Shown: positions 21,021 to 33,550, counted from the stretch's first letter. The stretch is 64,000 nt of DNA from an uncultured delta proteobacterium (GCA_963771465.1 CAVYTU010000015.1:800001-864000), one strand, 5' to 3'. Program-made: numbers and translations. Notes: a model not told the origin generated them from the letters alone.

Positions 21021-21024
<4 letters not shown>
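19807..21024 (+). CDS. macA: MacA-type periplasmic adaptor (membrane fusion protein)
   Basis: VDVGTQVSGQL, GQLLAEIDP, YTKIYAPMAGTV, GQTLNANQTAP, VAEADV. Confidence 0.88.
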
Positions 21025-22962
<1,938 letters not shown>

Positions 22963-22972
22963 GGTGATTTTT

Positions 22973-24316
22973 ATGCGAAAGCATTTTTTACACAGTACCA
23001 TCGCCGTTTCATTGGCTTTGTCGGCTTGCAGTCTGGCGCCAAAATACCAACGACCAGAGATGGCTCTGCCCACCGGCTGGACTAGCGTCGCCGGTGTTGG
23101 CGCTACGGAACAGAACACTACGTTGTTTTGGCAGGAGTTCGGCAGCGCCGATCTCAACCGTTTGATCGACACTGCACTGGCGCAGAATCTCGATCTCGAA
23201 GCCGCGCTGCATCGCATCGAGCAGGCGCGCGCCCAGGCGAAGAGCGCCGCCGCGCCGCTCTACCCGAGTGCCAGCGCCAGCGGCTCGGCTTCACGCACCT
23301 TCCAGGATCAGCGCGACACCACTTCGGTGCGGGGCGGCGGGAGCATCAGCTACGAAGTGGATCTGTGGGGGAAAAATCGCAACGCGGCGAAGTCCGCCGA
23401 CTATCGGATCAACGCGAGCGAGTTCGATCGCGAGGCACTGCGCCTAGTCGTCACCTCGGACGCGACCAATTTTTACGCGCAGATTTTGAGCCTCAATGAC
23501 CGTATCCGAATCGCTGAGTTCAATCTCAAAAACGCCGAAGAGATCCTGCGCATCATCGAAGCGCGCTTCGGCCAGGGCAGCGTCTCTGGTCTGGAAGTCT
23601 CCCAGCAGCGCGTGGCGGTGAACACCTTTCGCTCTGCGCTGGCGTCGCTGATCGAACAGCGCAGCACGACGGCGAATGCCTTGGCGATCCTGCTCGGGCT
23701 GGCGCCGCAGAATTTTTCCGCGCCGACCGCCGAGCTGGCGACGCTCTCCATGCCGCCGGTAAACCTAACGCCGCCGGCCACTCTGTTGACCGCGCGACCC
23801 GACATCGAGAGCGCTGAGGCCGGCCTGCTTTCGGCCAATGCCGATATCGGTGTCGCGCGCGCCGCCTTCTTTCCCTCGCTCACACTAGGTTTGGATACAG
23901 CGATCTCCGCCGGCTTCGGCGGACCGGCCGCCGCAGCCACCTCCATCGCGTCGAGCTTGCTCGCGCCGATTTTTACCGGCGGCAGGCTTACCGGCAATCT
24001 GGAAAATGTCACCGCGCGCCAGAAAGAGCTCGCAGTGCAGTATCGTCAGATCGTGCTCCTGGCATTTCAAGAAGTCGAAGACGCACTAGCCGCGCTTAAA
24101 AGTAACAACGATCGCGCCGTGCTGGCGCGCACCACCGTGGCCGAATCGCAAATTGCGTACGACATCGCCAAAGCGCGCTTCGACGCCGGGGCCATCGATT
24201 ATCTCAACCTGCTCGACACTCAGCGCACCCTCTTCCTGGCGCAGGACAGCCAGATCTCGATCAACCAGGGCCAGCTCGCCGCCTTCGTGCAGCTGCGCAA
24301 AGCGATGGGCTCGTGA
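22973..24316 (+). CDS. Outer-membrane efflux lipoprotein (NodT/OprM-like)
   Basis: Lipobox LSAC, SYEVDLWGK, RPDIESAE, ARAAFFPSLTL, AFQEVEDAL. Confidence 0.9.
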   Translation: MRKHFLHSTIAVSLALSACSLAPKYQRPEMALPTGWTSVAGVGATEQNTTLFWQEFGSADLNRLIDTALAQNLDLEAALHRIEQARAQAKSAAAPLYPSASASGSASRTFQDQRDTTSVRGGGSISYEVDLWGKNRNAAKSADYRINASEFDREALRLVVTSDATNFYAQILSLNDRIRIAEFNLKNAEEILRIIEARFGQGSVSGLEVSQQRVAVNTFRSALASLIEQRSTTANALAILLGLAPQNFSAPTAELATLSMPPVNLTPPATLLTARPDIESAEAGLLSANADIGVARAAFFPSLTLGLDTAISAGFGGPAAAATSIASSLLAPIFTGGRLTGNLENVTARQKELAVQYRQIVLLAFQEVEDALAALKSNNDRAVLARTTVAESQIAYDIAKARFDAGAIDYLNLLDTQRTLFLAQDSQISINQGQLAAFVQLRKAMGS

Positions 24317-24483
24317 GCCTGAACAGCTCAATGACTCGGGTACGGCCCCCTTTGCGGACTTAGAAAAAAGTTTGCCTGGCCCAATTCGGGCCTAGTTTCG
24401 CCGCTGGCAATTGGTAATATCAATTGATGAGAGATAAGCGTCAGCGCGATATGATAGTGAGTTTTGCATCGATGGAGCGACTC

Positions 24484-24732
24484 ATGAAACTTAGCTTGAT
24501 TGCGGCGCTGCTGTTTTTGTTGCCCGCTTGTGCCACCCAGCAGCCCCCTCCGCCGCCGCCCCCTCCAACAGTGAGCAACGCCAATCCGACAAGCAGCGCC
24601 AATCCGACGCCAAATACTTTTCGCACTGATACCACCGATTGTGAGCGCCAGGCCGCTCTTGCGGGCGCTGGCGGCAAATCCGCAGCTTTCGAGACCTGCA
24701 TGCGCGCACGCGGTCGCACGCCGAGCCGATAA
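24484..24732 (+). CDS. Small lipoprotein with poly-Pro linker
   Basis: MKLSLIAALLFLLPAC lipobox, P8 run, DTTDCERQA...FETCMRARG two-Cys motif; GGAG upstream. Confidence 0.7.
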   Translation: MKLSLIAALLFLLPACATQQPPPPPPPPTVSNANPTSSANPTPNTFRTDTTDCERQAALAGAGGKSAAFETCMRARGRTPSR

Positions 24733-24896
24733 GCGATCGCGTTGAAGATTTTCACTCGAATCGGCAGGCAGCAATTCCAATTGAACCCAGCCTCCATAGC
24801 TTTCCACTGCACCACTGACCGGCCAACGCAACAAGCCATCCGCCATGCGCTGCTCGATTTACTTGCAAGTCACCGCTCGATGATTATCTTGTAGGG

Positions 24897-26018
24897 ATGG
24901 CGGACCAGGATTATTACAAAATTCTCGGCGTCGAGCGCAGCGCCTCGAAGGATGACGTGCGCAAGGCCTACCGTAAACTTGCGCGCAAGTATCATCCCGA
25001 TATCAATCCCGGCAACAAAGAGGCCGAGAGCAAATTTAAAGATCTTTCGGTCGCCTACGACGTCCTGAGCGACGAAAAAAAACGCAAGCTCTACGACGAA
25101 TTCGGCGAGGCTGGCCTGGCCGCGGGTTTCGACGCCGACAAGGCGCGCAGTTACCAGCACTGGCAGCAGCAATCGACACGCGCCGGCGGTGGTTATAATT
25201 TCAACGTGGACGACCTCGGTGACCTTTTCGGCGGCCTCGGCGGTATGTTCCGGCAAGGTGCGCGCGCGCCGGCCGGACCGACTCGCGGCGCCGACATCGA
25301 ATCGAGCATGGACATCGACTTTCTCGACGCCGTGCGCGGATTTCAAACCGCGATCGCGCTTGAGCGACCGGTAACGTGCGACACTTGTCATGGTTCCGGC
25401 ACGAAAGCGGGCGGCACGCCGACAACCTGTCCCGAGTGCCACGGCAGCGGCAGCGTTGCCATCGCCCAGGGGCCGCTGCAGTATCGCCAAACCTGCCGGC
25501 GCTGTTCGGGCAGCGGCAAGTTGCCCGGCGATCTCTGCACTGTCTGCGGCGGCAGCGGCCGTGTGCCGCGGCCCGAAACCATTCGCGTCAACATTCCGCC
25601 CGGAGCCGAGCCGGAGAAACGCATTCGCCTGCGCGGCAAAGGCGAAGCGGGAATTCGCGGCGGTGCTGCGGGCGACCTATTTTTAACGCCGCGCATCCGG
25701 CCTCATCCGATACTGTCACGCTCGGGTCGAGACTTATCCATGGACGTGCCGATCACGGTTGGCGAAGCGCTGCGCGGCGCCAGCGTCGAGGTGCCGACGC
25801 CCAGTGGCTCGATAAGCGTGAAAATTCCCGTCGGCGCCCAAAGCGGTCAACAGCTGCGCATCAAAGGCAAAGGAGTCGCCGCCCACAGGCAAACTCCGGC
25901 CGGCGATTTGTATCTGCGGCTGATGGTGCATGTGCCGAAAGAAGAACTTGCCGAAGATGTCATCGATAAAATCGACCGGGCCTACGGCGATGACGTGCGT
26001 AAGAACCTGCGGCTGTAG
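24897..26018 (+). CDS. dnaJ: DnaJ chaperone (J domain, four zinc-finger repeats, C-terminal domain)
   Basis: [11 protein letters not shown] motif, [37 protein letters not shown]. Confidence 0.88.
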   Translation: MADQDYYKILGVERSASKDDVRKAYRKLARKYHPDINPGNKEAESKFKDLSVAYDVLSDEKKRKLYDEFGEAGLAAGFDADKARSYQHWQQQSTRAGGGYNFNVDDLGDLFGGLGGMFRQGARAPAGPTRGADIESSMDIDFLDAVRGFQTAIALERPVTCDTCHGSGTKAGGTPTTCPECHGSGSVAIAQGPLQYRQTCRRCSGSGKLPGDLCTVCGGSGRVPRPETIRVNIPPGAEPEKRIRLRGKGEAGIRGGAAGDLFLTPRIRPHPILSRSGRDLSMDVPITVGEALRGASVEVPTPSGSISVKIPVGAQSGQQLRIKGKGVAAHRQTPAGDLYLRLMVHVPKEELAEDVIDKIDRAYGDDVRKNLRL

Positions 26019-26033
26019 CGAAGGAGGAAAAAA

Positions 26034-26327
26034 ATGCCGCGAAAATATCTGCGTATTACCGAAGTGACAAAAATCTGCGGCGTTGACGTCAGGTTTGTCA
26101 AGCGCTTGGAGCAGGAAAAGGTCATTTACCCCATCGTCCGCCGCAGCGTGAAGTTTTATCCGCTCGATCAGGTCGACCGCGTCCGCGTCGCCCGCCTGCT
26201 CATCGAAGAAATGGGCGTCAATCTGGCCGGCGCCGAAGTCGCGCTGAACATGCGCGAGCAAATGATCGCGATGCAGCGTCAGTTTAATGAAATACTACGT
26301 TTGCTCGGGCGGGAGTGGAAGAAGTAG
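26034..26327 (+). CDS. MerR-type HTH protein, CbpM/HspR-like
   Basis: LRITEVTKICGV, LIEEMGVNLAGAEVALNMREQM; follows dnaJ; AGGAGG RBS. Confidence 0.8.
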   Translation: MPRKYLRITEVTKICGVDVRFVKRLEQEKVIYPIVRRSVKFYPLDQVDRVRVARLLIEEMGVNLAGAEVALNMREQMIAMQRQFNEILRLLGREWKK

Positions 26328-26385
26328 GCCGGTGCCGCGCAGTCCTTCTCTGATTCTCGTCTTGGTTTGATTCCATTCCAGAAAG

Positions 26386-27519
26386 CTATTTTTCCGCTCG
26401 TGGAAATCCATAGGCCTCGACGACTCGCTTCATGTACTCCGGCATCTTTGAGTAGTGACGCCAGTCAACCAGCGATTGCTTTTTTCCGCGCACAGCTTTC
26501 TCCTGCACAGTGCCCTGAATAAAGACGGAGCCCTCGTAGGGCCCGCCGTCCTCCAGCACTTTTTGGCCATCGGCAGAAGCCACGTACTCCAACCACAACA
26601 GCGCCGCGTAGGGCCGCTCGGCCGATGCCAGTATACCTTCCGATTCGTTAAGCCGGATAATCACTGGCTCCGTGAGTTTGTGTCCCAGGATATCCATCTT
26701 GTCTTTGTTTTTGGCTCTCAGAACGGAATCGTAATTGGGGCCGAAGAAAAGCGCGTACTCGCCGGCAAGCATACTGGTGATGGTGCGGGTATCGCCGCTG
26801 ACCCAAATGGGATTTTGCGCGGCCAACTTGCGCGCGAAATCGAGAGTCTTTTCAAGACCCCATGCCGGCACCAGGGCGGCGACGTCTTTGGGACGAATTC
26901 CGAGAGTAAATTTCCTGTCTTTGAATTCCGGTTTTAAGAATCCTTCCCAGGTATCGGGCACCGAGTCGGCCGGAAGGAGCTTTTTATGATGAGCTGTGAC
27001 CTGTATGCCGCTGCCGACGGCCACGATGTTCCGATTGATCGGGTCCACCATCTGCAGCGGCATCTGGATTACCCGGTGCTCGGCCATGCCATACATATCC
27101 ACCCTTTTCAGGTGCGGCAGGTAATCGTTATAATAATCGTAGTCGACTTCGTTGACATCGATGCCCTTAGCCAATCCTGCCTGTAATTCCTGAAGCTGGC
27201 GCGTATAAGCGTCGATGCCGCGGATCTCGTCTGCCTGGACTTGAATGAAAGGATACTTTTTCGTGAAACCTTCGCTCAATCGTTTGAGAATGCCGGCGTC
27301 GAGAGAGACGATGACGCGCAATTTGCCTTCCTGTTTTGCCTTACTCACGATTTCGTCATGGCTGGCGGCAAAGAGAAATCCCTTGGCTTCAGCCTCCTTT
27401 TTCGCTTTGAGTAGAGCAGAGCTGGGTTCGGCGGCGTAAACATGCGCAGCGGATATAACGGAGCTCATCACAAGCAGCGCCACCAAGCGACCAGCGATTT
27501 TTCCGGGCAGCAGAATCAT
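26386..27519 (-). CDS. Extracellular solute-binding protein (Fe/thiamine-type ABC SBP)
   Basis: Signal peptide, AKQEGKL, PDTWEGFLKPEFK, RPYAALLWLEYVASADGQK. Confidence 0.8.
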   Translation of the reverse strand: MILLPGKIAGRLVALLVMSSVISAAHVYAAEPSSALLKAKKEAEAKGFLFAASHDEIVSKAKQEGKLRVIVSLDAGILKRLSEGFTKKYPFIQVQADEIRGIDAYTRQLQELQAGLAKGIDVNEVDYDYYNDYLPHLKRVDMYGMAEHRVIQMPLQMVDPINRNIVAVGSGIQVTAHHKKLLPADSVPDTWEGFLKPEFKDRKFTLGIRPKDVAALVPAWGLEKTLDFARKLAAQNPIWVSGDTRTITSMLAGEYALFFGPNYDSVLRAKNKDKMDILGHKLTEPVIIRLNESEGILASAERPYAALLWLEYVASADGQKVLEDGGPYEGSVFIQGTVQEKAVRGKKQSLVDWRHYSKMPEYMKRVVEAYGFPRAEK

Positions 27520-27743
27520 CGTTCACCTCGATTGGGTCGAATTCGAACAACGGGATGGATAGCGCCCGGACTATATCCAGCCTTCAACGATCTTGTCAAT
27601 TTGTCATTTGAGCGATCCCAGATCGCATCAGTTGCTCTTGACGCCTCGCGCTCGATTGTATTACTAGCCTTGCGAACATCGGTGCACATGGGGTTGGTTT
27701 CATTGATTCGGTCCCTGACTAACTTTGTTACAAAGGAAAAGAT

Positions 27744-28457
27744 ATGAACCAGATGGTTTTTATTCATGGGCCCGGCGCGGGAGGATGCGCCGATTCGTTT
27801 GTCCATCAGCTCAAACACTATCCGGGCAGCCTCGCGCCTACTTTGCCGGGACATCCGGAGGGAGAACCCTGTGTGAATGTGGAACGATATACGGAGTGGT
27901 TGAGAGGATGGTTATGGTCCAAAGGCAAACAGCAAGACTTGGTGCTCGCCGGTTTCACGCTGGGAGGTTGTATCGCGCTCCAGTATGGCCTCGACTATCC
28001 GAATGAGGTCAAGGCGCTAGTATTGATGACCACAGGGATGCGACCCAGGGAGCGACGGCCGGGCACTCTGGAGTTTCGCCTGAAGGCCGCGGAGGATCCC
28101 GAAGTGTACCGGCAATGGTTGGAAACCATGCGCCATCAATTCTTGTTTATGGAGCCGGAGCTACGCGAACATCTTGTGGAGTGCCATCGTCGTGTCGGAC
28201 CATTATCGCAGTACCGTGATTTCGTCGTTATCGACCAATTCGATGTCAGGGACCGGATTAACAAGCTTAAACCGCCGCTCCTCTTAATAAAAGGCGCCGA
28301 CGATCCCGCGGCACCGCCGGAGTATGAACTGGAGATTCATGAGGCCGTGCCCAGTTCCCAGTACTTGAAATTTAAGAACGCCGGCCATTTTCCTTTCGCG
28401 GAGAGGCCGGCGGAAGTTAACCGTGCCATTGACGAGTTCCTGGCAGCCGGCACGTGA
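27744..28457 (+). CDS. Alpha/beta hydrolase fold protein
   Basis: VFIHGPG, GFTLGG (nucleophile elbow with Thr), GADDP, NAGHFPFAE. Confidence 0.8.
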   Translation: MNQMVFIHGPGAGGCADSFVHQLKHYPGSLAPTLPGHPEGEPCVNVERYTEWLRGWLWSKGKQQDLVLAGFTLGGCIALQYGLDYPNEVKALVLMTTGMRPRERRPGTLEFRLKAAEDPEVYRQWLETMRHQFLFMEPELREHLVECHRRVGPLSQYRDFVVIDQFDVRDRINKLKPPLLLIKGADDPAAPPEYELEIHEAVPSSQYLKFKNAGHFPFAERPAEVNRAIDEFLAAGT

Positions 28458-28465
28458 CTGGAAGC

Positions 28466-28548
28466 CAAAAAATCAAAATCGAAATCCGAATCTCGAAACA
28501 AATCCCAATAATCAAAAATCAAAATTCCAAACAGCCTGGTTTTGGATT
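28466..28548. repeat. Degenerate ~7-nt AAATC-type repeat tract between convergent genes
   Basis: aaaatcaaaatcgaaatccgaatctcgaaacaaatcccaataatcaaaaatcaaaattccaaac...ttttggatt; A-rich in a GC-rich genome. Confidence 0.55.
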
Positions 28549-28554
28549 GTTGTG

Positions 28555-29934
28555 TCATGCAGATAAATTTGGCGCCACCGTTAAGGAAATCAATTCGCCG
28601 ATCTGCTCGACTTCGTCCAACCGGCGCAAGCAGGCCAGGAGGTCGTCGATTTGCGTTTTTGGCAGCAGCGGCGCTGCTAGCGGCCGAAATTTTTGCTCCT
28701 GTTGCTCGTCGGTCATCAAGCGTTTGAAATGGCCAAGGTGGTAAGCCACTTTCGTTGAGAGAACTTTTCCTGATTTCATCTCGACGTCGACGATGTTCAA
28801 GGGGACTTCCGGCCAGGCGGCAACGGATTCTTCGCCAATCCGCACGCTGATTTTTTGCATGAGCGCCCGCACATCGGCGCGCCTGTAATACATTTGGTCG
28901 TAATGGCGAATCTCCAAGTTGCCTTCCATCAGCGCGACGGCCATCACGAAGGGCAGACTGTGATCGGCGCTCTCCCGGGTCTCTGGCTGCCAATTCGCTT
29001 CTCCCGAACCCATGACCTCGTAACCGGCGGGAAAAGTGTCGAGGCGAATCTCTTTAACGTCGTCGAGATCGGGAATTTGCGGTCGCAAATTAACAATCGC
29101 CTCGATCGCGCTTTGTGAAAAATAGCCCGCGGGAAATGCTTTCAACCGTGCTTTCATGATGCGGTAGCCGTCGGCAGAATCCGCGAAAGGCGTGAGATCA
29201 AAGCGGATTCCCGTGCTACTCAGGAATCCGGCTTTGCCTTCGAATACTTCCTCCGGTCCGGTCATCCCTTTGGCGGCCAGCATGGCGCAAAAAACGGCGT
29301 TCCTCGAAGCATTGGCCAACGCGCATCCCTTCCAATGGGAAATCTGCCCTCTTCTAATTTGCTCGATGCTGATATGAGACGAGACTGCCAAGCTGATCGC
29401 ATTGGCCATCTGCTCCTTGGTATGGCCGAACAGTTTGGCCGCCACCACCGCGGCCGCGATGACGCCGTAGGTCGACTGATCCCAGATATGCCCGCGCTCG
29501 TTTGCGCCGGCGTCGATGAGTCCACAAAGCACCTCATAACCCAAAACCATTCCGAGGATCACGTCTTTACCATCGCCGTGTCTTGCGTCCACGACGGCTA
29601 ACACGGGAGCAAGGAGGTCGCTTGGGTGACAAGTCGGTGAACTGGCGTAGGTGTCGTTGAAATCGAGATAGCGGATCATTACACCATTGACGAAAGCTGC
29701 GATATCCGGCGAGGTTTTCTGACCACTGACCAACACGGTAGACGGGACGGCCGAAGTTATCTCCGATGCGGCGGCTCTAGCGATCTTGGCTGGCGGACTT
29801 TCGGCCCCACCGAGCGCGCAGCCCACAGTATCCGTAACAATAAACTTGGTCCGTCGTGTCACCTCCGGCGGCAGGTCGCGATACGACAGCGTCAGCGCAT
29901 AGTCGCAAAGATGATGGAGGATTCGGTCGAGCAT
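28555..29934 (-). CDS. MmgE/PrpD family protein
   Basis: DTVGCALGG, AFVNGVMIRYLDFNDTY, HPSD, SHWKG, RESADHSLPF. Confidence 0.9.
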   Translation of the reverse strand: MLDRILHHLCDYALTLSYRDLPPEVTRRTKFIVTDTVGCALGGAESPPAKIARAAASEITSAVPSTVLVSGQKTSPDIAAFVNGVMIRYLDFNDTYASSPTCHPSDLLAPVLAVVDARHGDGKDVILGMVLGYEVLCGLIDAGANERGHIWDQSTYGVIAAAVVAAKLFGHTKEQMANAISLAVSSHISIEQIRRGQISHWKGCALANASRNAVFCAMLAAKGMTGPEEVFEGKAGFLSSTGIRFDLTPFADSADGYRIMKARLKAFPAGYFSQSAIEAIVNLRPQIPDLDDVKEIRLDTFPAGYEVMGSGEANWQPETRESADHSLPFVMAVALMEGNLEIRHYDQMYYRRADVRALMQKISVRIGEESVAAWPEVPLNIVDVEMKSGKVLSTKVAYHLGHFKRLMTDEQQEQKFRPLAAPLLPKTQIDDLLACLRRLDEVEQIGELISLTVAPNLSA

Positions 29935-30278
29935 TTTCTACGGGTCAAACCTTTACCGAAGGTCGGCTCAATACCTTCAATCGACGCCACGCAAACACTA
30001 CATAACTCGAAGCCACCGACCACCGCAAATGCGCCAGGTCCGCGCCGCAAAGAGAGCTTCCACGAGTTGAAGTTCTGCGCAGCTCGATCTTTGCTTAGCG
30101 GATTTTTTCACACACTCTGAAAGAAGAAGGTAATCTCTCCTGCGGGAATTACTGACTATACGTCTGCGCCGAATCGGGTTGACTTAGCGGCGCACCGTCG
30201 CGTAGTCTCAGCAGCGAAAGACGCATAGGAAGCGCTAGGTCAAGACCGACGAAAGACTACCAAGACTGAAGGTCCTTT

Positions 30279-31574
30279 GTGAAAAGAGTATTGGCGATTA
30301 TTTTGGGTGGCGGCGTCGGAACCCGGCTCTATCCGCTAACCAAACTGCGCGCCAAGCCGGCCGTGCCTCTCGGCGCCAAGTATCGCTTGATCGATATCCC
30401 CATCAGTAACTGCATCAATTCTGAGATTCAGCGCATTTACGTCTTGACGCAATTCAACTCCGCCTCTCTCAATCGGCATATTGCGCGCACTTACGCCGCG
30501 TTAGGCGCGGGCTTCTCCCAGGGATTTGTCGAGGTACTGGCGGCCCAGCAAACTTCGGAAAGTCCGAGCTGGTTTGAAGGAACGGCCGACGCAGTCCGGA
30601 AGTATCTGCGACTCTTCGCCGAATGGGACGTCGATCAGTATCTGATTTTGTCGGGCGATCACTTATATCGGATGAATTACGCGGAATTCATCCAGCACCA
30701 CCGGAATACCAAAGCCGACATTACGCTGTCGGTCGTGCCGGTCGATGAGCAGCGCGCGTCGGACTTCGGCCTGATGAAAATAGACGACAGCGGACGCGTG
30801 CTGTCGTTCAGCGAAAAACCTAAGGGTCCGGCGCTCAATGCCATGCGGGTGGATACGACCATTCTTGGCTTACCCGCTGACAAAGCGCAGCAGTCTCCCT
30901 ACGTCGCTTCGATGGGAATCTATGTCTTCGAGAAGCAGGTGTTGCACGATTTATTAAACCAAGCCCCAGACCAAACTGATTTTGGTAAGGAAATTCTGCC
31001 GGCTTCAGCTAGTGAGAAAAATGTTCACGCCTATCTGTTCAAAGATTACTGGGAAGACATCGGCACCATCGAGTCATTCTACAACGCCAACCTCGCCCTC
31101 ACTTATCAACCCGATCCGCCTTTCAGCTTCTACGATGAGAAGGCGCCGATCTATACCCACTCGCGCTATTTGCCGCCGACCAAGTTGCTCGATAGCCGAG
31201 TCATCGAATCGATGGTCGGTGAGGGTTGCATACTTAAAGAATGCACCGTGGAGCGTTCGGTAATCGGCATTCGCTCGCGCATCGAAACCGGTTGTGTGAT
31301 CGATAATGCCCTGCTGATGGGCGCCGACTACTACGAATCACCACTGCAACGCGCGAACGCTTTGGAGAGTGGAAAGATTCCCTTGGGAGTAGGCGCGAAC
31401 TCGACAATTCGACGAGCGATAGTCGACAAAAACGCGCGCATCGGCCGCAACGTGCAAATCGTCAATAGAGACCGCGTCCAGGAAGCCACCCGCGAGGAAT
31501 TGGGCTTTGTCATTCGCAGCGGCATCGTCGTCGTTATTAAAAACGCGATCATCGCCGATGGCACCGTTATCTAA
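30279..31574 (+). CDS. glgC: Glucose-1-phosphate adenylyltransferase (ADP-glucose pyrophosphorylase), cyanobacterial/plant type
   Basis: [75 protein letters not shown]. Confidence 0.95.
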   Translation: MKRVLAIILGGGVGTRLYPLTKLRAKPAVPLGAKYRLIDIPISNCINSEIQRIYVLTQFNSASLNRHIARTYAALGAGFSQGFVEVLAAQQTSESPSWFEGTADAVRKYLRLFAEWDVDQYLILSGDHLYRMNYAEFIQHHRNTKADITLSVVPVDEQRASDFGLMKIDDSGRVLSFSEKPKGPALNAMRVDTTILGLPADKAQQSPYVASMGIYVFEKQVLHDLLNQAPDQTDFGKEILPASASEKNVHAYLFKDYWEDIGTIESFYNANLALTYQPDPPFSFYDEKAPIYTHSRYLPPTKLLDSRVIESMVGEGCILKECTVERSVIGIRSRIETGCVIDNALLMGADYYESPLQRANALESGKIPLGVGANSTIRRAIVDKNARIGRNVQIVNRDRVQEATREELGFVIRSGIVVVIKNAIIADGTVI

Positions 31575-31616
31575 CCTGACTTCGATCGAACATGACCCAA
31601 CAACCGATGGCAAACG

Positions 31617-32780
31617 TTAAGAAGAATACTCGACTGATTTTTTCTTGCGCATTCCGCCTTCGACCATCTTGTACTCGAAGAGGCGGCATTCCAACGCGCC
31701 GTTGAAGAGTGGCGTGCGCTTGGAAACCGCCAGATGGATGAGTTTAGGCAGTCGCATGTCGGCGCTCAAGAAATAGGCGCGCCAGCCGCTGAATTGTTTC
31801 TTCAACACGTCGCCGAGTTTCGGATAGAACTCAGCCAACGCTTCCTGTTCGCCCAGGCGCACGCCGTAGGGTGGATTGCTGACGATGATGCCTTCGGTCG
31901 CGGGAGCCGTGATGTCCAAGACATCGGCGCGTTTTAAACTGACGACCTCTGCCAAACCAGCTCCGGCTAGATTGGCGTTGGCCGCGCGTAGTACGTCGGC
32001 CGAAAGATCGCTGCCGTAAATGGCTTGCGACGTTCTGGGCTTGCGCCGCGCGCCACGCTTCTGGATCAGTTCGCGCCAGCGCCCAGAATCGAAGTTCTTG
32101 AATTTCTCGAACGCGAAGTGACGCCCCATACCGGGCGCGATGTCGAGCGCCATCTGCGCCGCCTCCAATAGGATCGTTCCGCTACCGCACATCGGATCGA
32201 GTAAAGGAACGCCCGGAGTCCATCCGGCCAGGCGGAGCATCCCGGCGGCAAGATTTTCTCTCAGCGGTGCTTCGCCGGTCGCGATGCGCTGGCCGCGCTT
32301 GAACAACGGTTCGCCGGTGGTGTCGAGATAAAGCGTAAACTCGCGCTCGGTCAGATGGCCTTGGATCGGAATATCCGGCGCGCGCGTGTCCACGCTCGGC
32401 CGGCGGTTCGAAAGTTTACGAATTTTGTCACACACCGCGTCTTTGATTTTGAGTGTAACGAAATTGAGACTCGTCAACGGGCTTTTGGTCGCGGAAATAT
32501 CGACGCGAATCGTGCACTCTGGATCGAACCAATCCGTCCACGGCAACGCGAATGCCGTGCGGTACACATCGTCCTCACTGCGGTACACGCTCGTTGCCAC
32601 CTGCCATAACACCCGGCTGGCGATGCGGCTCTCAAGATTGACTCGGTGGCAGAGGATAAAATCGCCGACGAATTGAACGCCGCCGCCCACCGCATGCATT
32701 TTTTCTGCGTGGAGTTGGCGCAGCTCGTCAACCAACAGCAGCTCCAAACCGCGTGGACAAGTCGCGAAGAAGTTTTCCAT
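31617..32780 (-). CDS. THUMP-domain RNA methyltransferase (RlmL/RlmK N-half-like)
   Basis: FFATCPRGLE, LYLDTTGEPLFKRG, APLRENLAA, DPMCGSGT, NPPYG. Confidence 0.9.
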   Translation of the reverse strand: MENFFATCPRGLELLLVDELRQLHAEKMHAVGGGVQFVGDFILCHRVNLESRIASRVLWQVATSVYRSEDDVYRTAFALPWTDWFDPECTIRVDISATKSPLTSLNFVTLKIKDAVCDKIRKLSNRRPSVDTRAPDIPIQGHLTEREFTLYLDTTGEPLFKRGQRIATGEAPLRENLAAGMLRLAGWTPGVPLLDPMCGSGTILLEAAQMALDIAPGMGRHFAFEKFKNFDSGRWRELIQKRGARRKPRTSQAIYGSDLSADVLRAANANLAGAGLAEVVSLKRADVLDITAPATEGIIVSNPPYGVRLGEQEALAEFYPKLGDVLKKQFSGWRAYFLSADMRLPKLIHLAVSKRTPLFNGALECRLFEYKMVEGGMRKKKSVEYSS

Positions 32781-32813
32781 CAGAGATTATCGCAATGTTA
32801 TTCAGCCAGAAAT

Positions 32814-32843
32814 AAAAAGGGCAACCCAATGGTTGCCCTTTTT
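32814..32843. terminator. Rho-independent terminator (bidirectional form) downstream of RRM gene
   Basis: AAAAAGGGCAACC-CAAT-GGTTGCCCTTTTT. Confidence 0.88.
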
Positions 32844-32867
32844 GCAGTTAATTCGTTAAAGAAAAAA

Positions 32868-33209
32868 CTACCAGCGGTTACCCCGGCCACCGCCGTCACG
32901 ATTACCCCGGCCACCACCACCACCGCGATTGCCACCGCCACCACCGAAGCCTTCGCGCTTCGCCATTGGCTTGGCCTCGTTGACCGTCAACGAACGCCCT
33001 TCGAACTGCGTGCCGTTGAGGCTGTCGATGGCCTTTTGCGCTTCGCTGGCCGAGCTCATCTCGACGAAGCCGAAACCGCGCGATTGACCGGTGAATTTAT
33101 CGGAAATCACGCTGGCGGATTCCACCGTGCCATGTTCCGAAAAGATTTCCTGCAAGCGGTCGCCCGTAACTGAATACGGCAAACCACCAACGTATAATTT
33201 ACTACCCAT
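32868..33209 (-). CDS. RRM RNA-binding protein with Gly-rich tail
   Basis: RNP2 LYVGGL, RNP1 RGFGFVEM, VNEAKP, GGGGNRGGGGG tail; AGGAGG RBS. Confidence 0.95.
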   Translation of the reverse strand: MGSKLYVGGLPYSVTGDRLQEIFSEHGTVESASVISDKFTGQSRGFGFVEMSSASEAQKAIDSLNGTQFEGRSLTVNEAKPMAKREGFGGGGGNRGGGGGRGNRDGGGRGNRW

Positions 33210-33408
33210 GTTCTCCTCCTATTAGAGAATGTTATGGTCTTTGACCCTGAGAAATGAACTGCTAATGGCTACCGAACATGGGGCTAACTGCTAAACCGCT
33301 CGCTGATCGGATTTTCCTTTAGGATCTGTTCGCAAGGAGAGACTGACAGGGGCCTTCAAGCCTGATTCTGTCCTCTATCAGAAGGCCGTTTACTGATGAA
33401 GATGATAA

Positions 33409-33437
33409 ACAGTAACCGCTCGCCTTGGTATTGTCAA
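33409..33437 (-). promoter_or_regulatory. Sigma-70 promoter of RRM gene
   Basis: Minus strand TTGACA-N17-TACTGT. Confidence 0.6.
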
Positions 33438-33550
33438 CCTGCATGCCAAAGAAATGTTCCTGGAGGCTGACGCCGCGAAATCGGCTTGCATCCCGTAGGG
33501 CGCCCACATAATAATGCGGCGGCAGTTACGGGTAGACGCTGGGAGGTGCG

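Noticed and set aside
32880-32945. CCACCG/CCCCGG tandem repeats
   Set aside because: They encode the Gly-rich tail of the RRM protein
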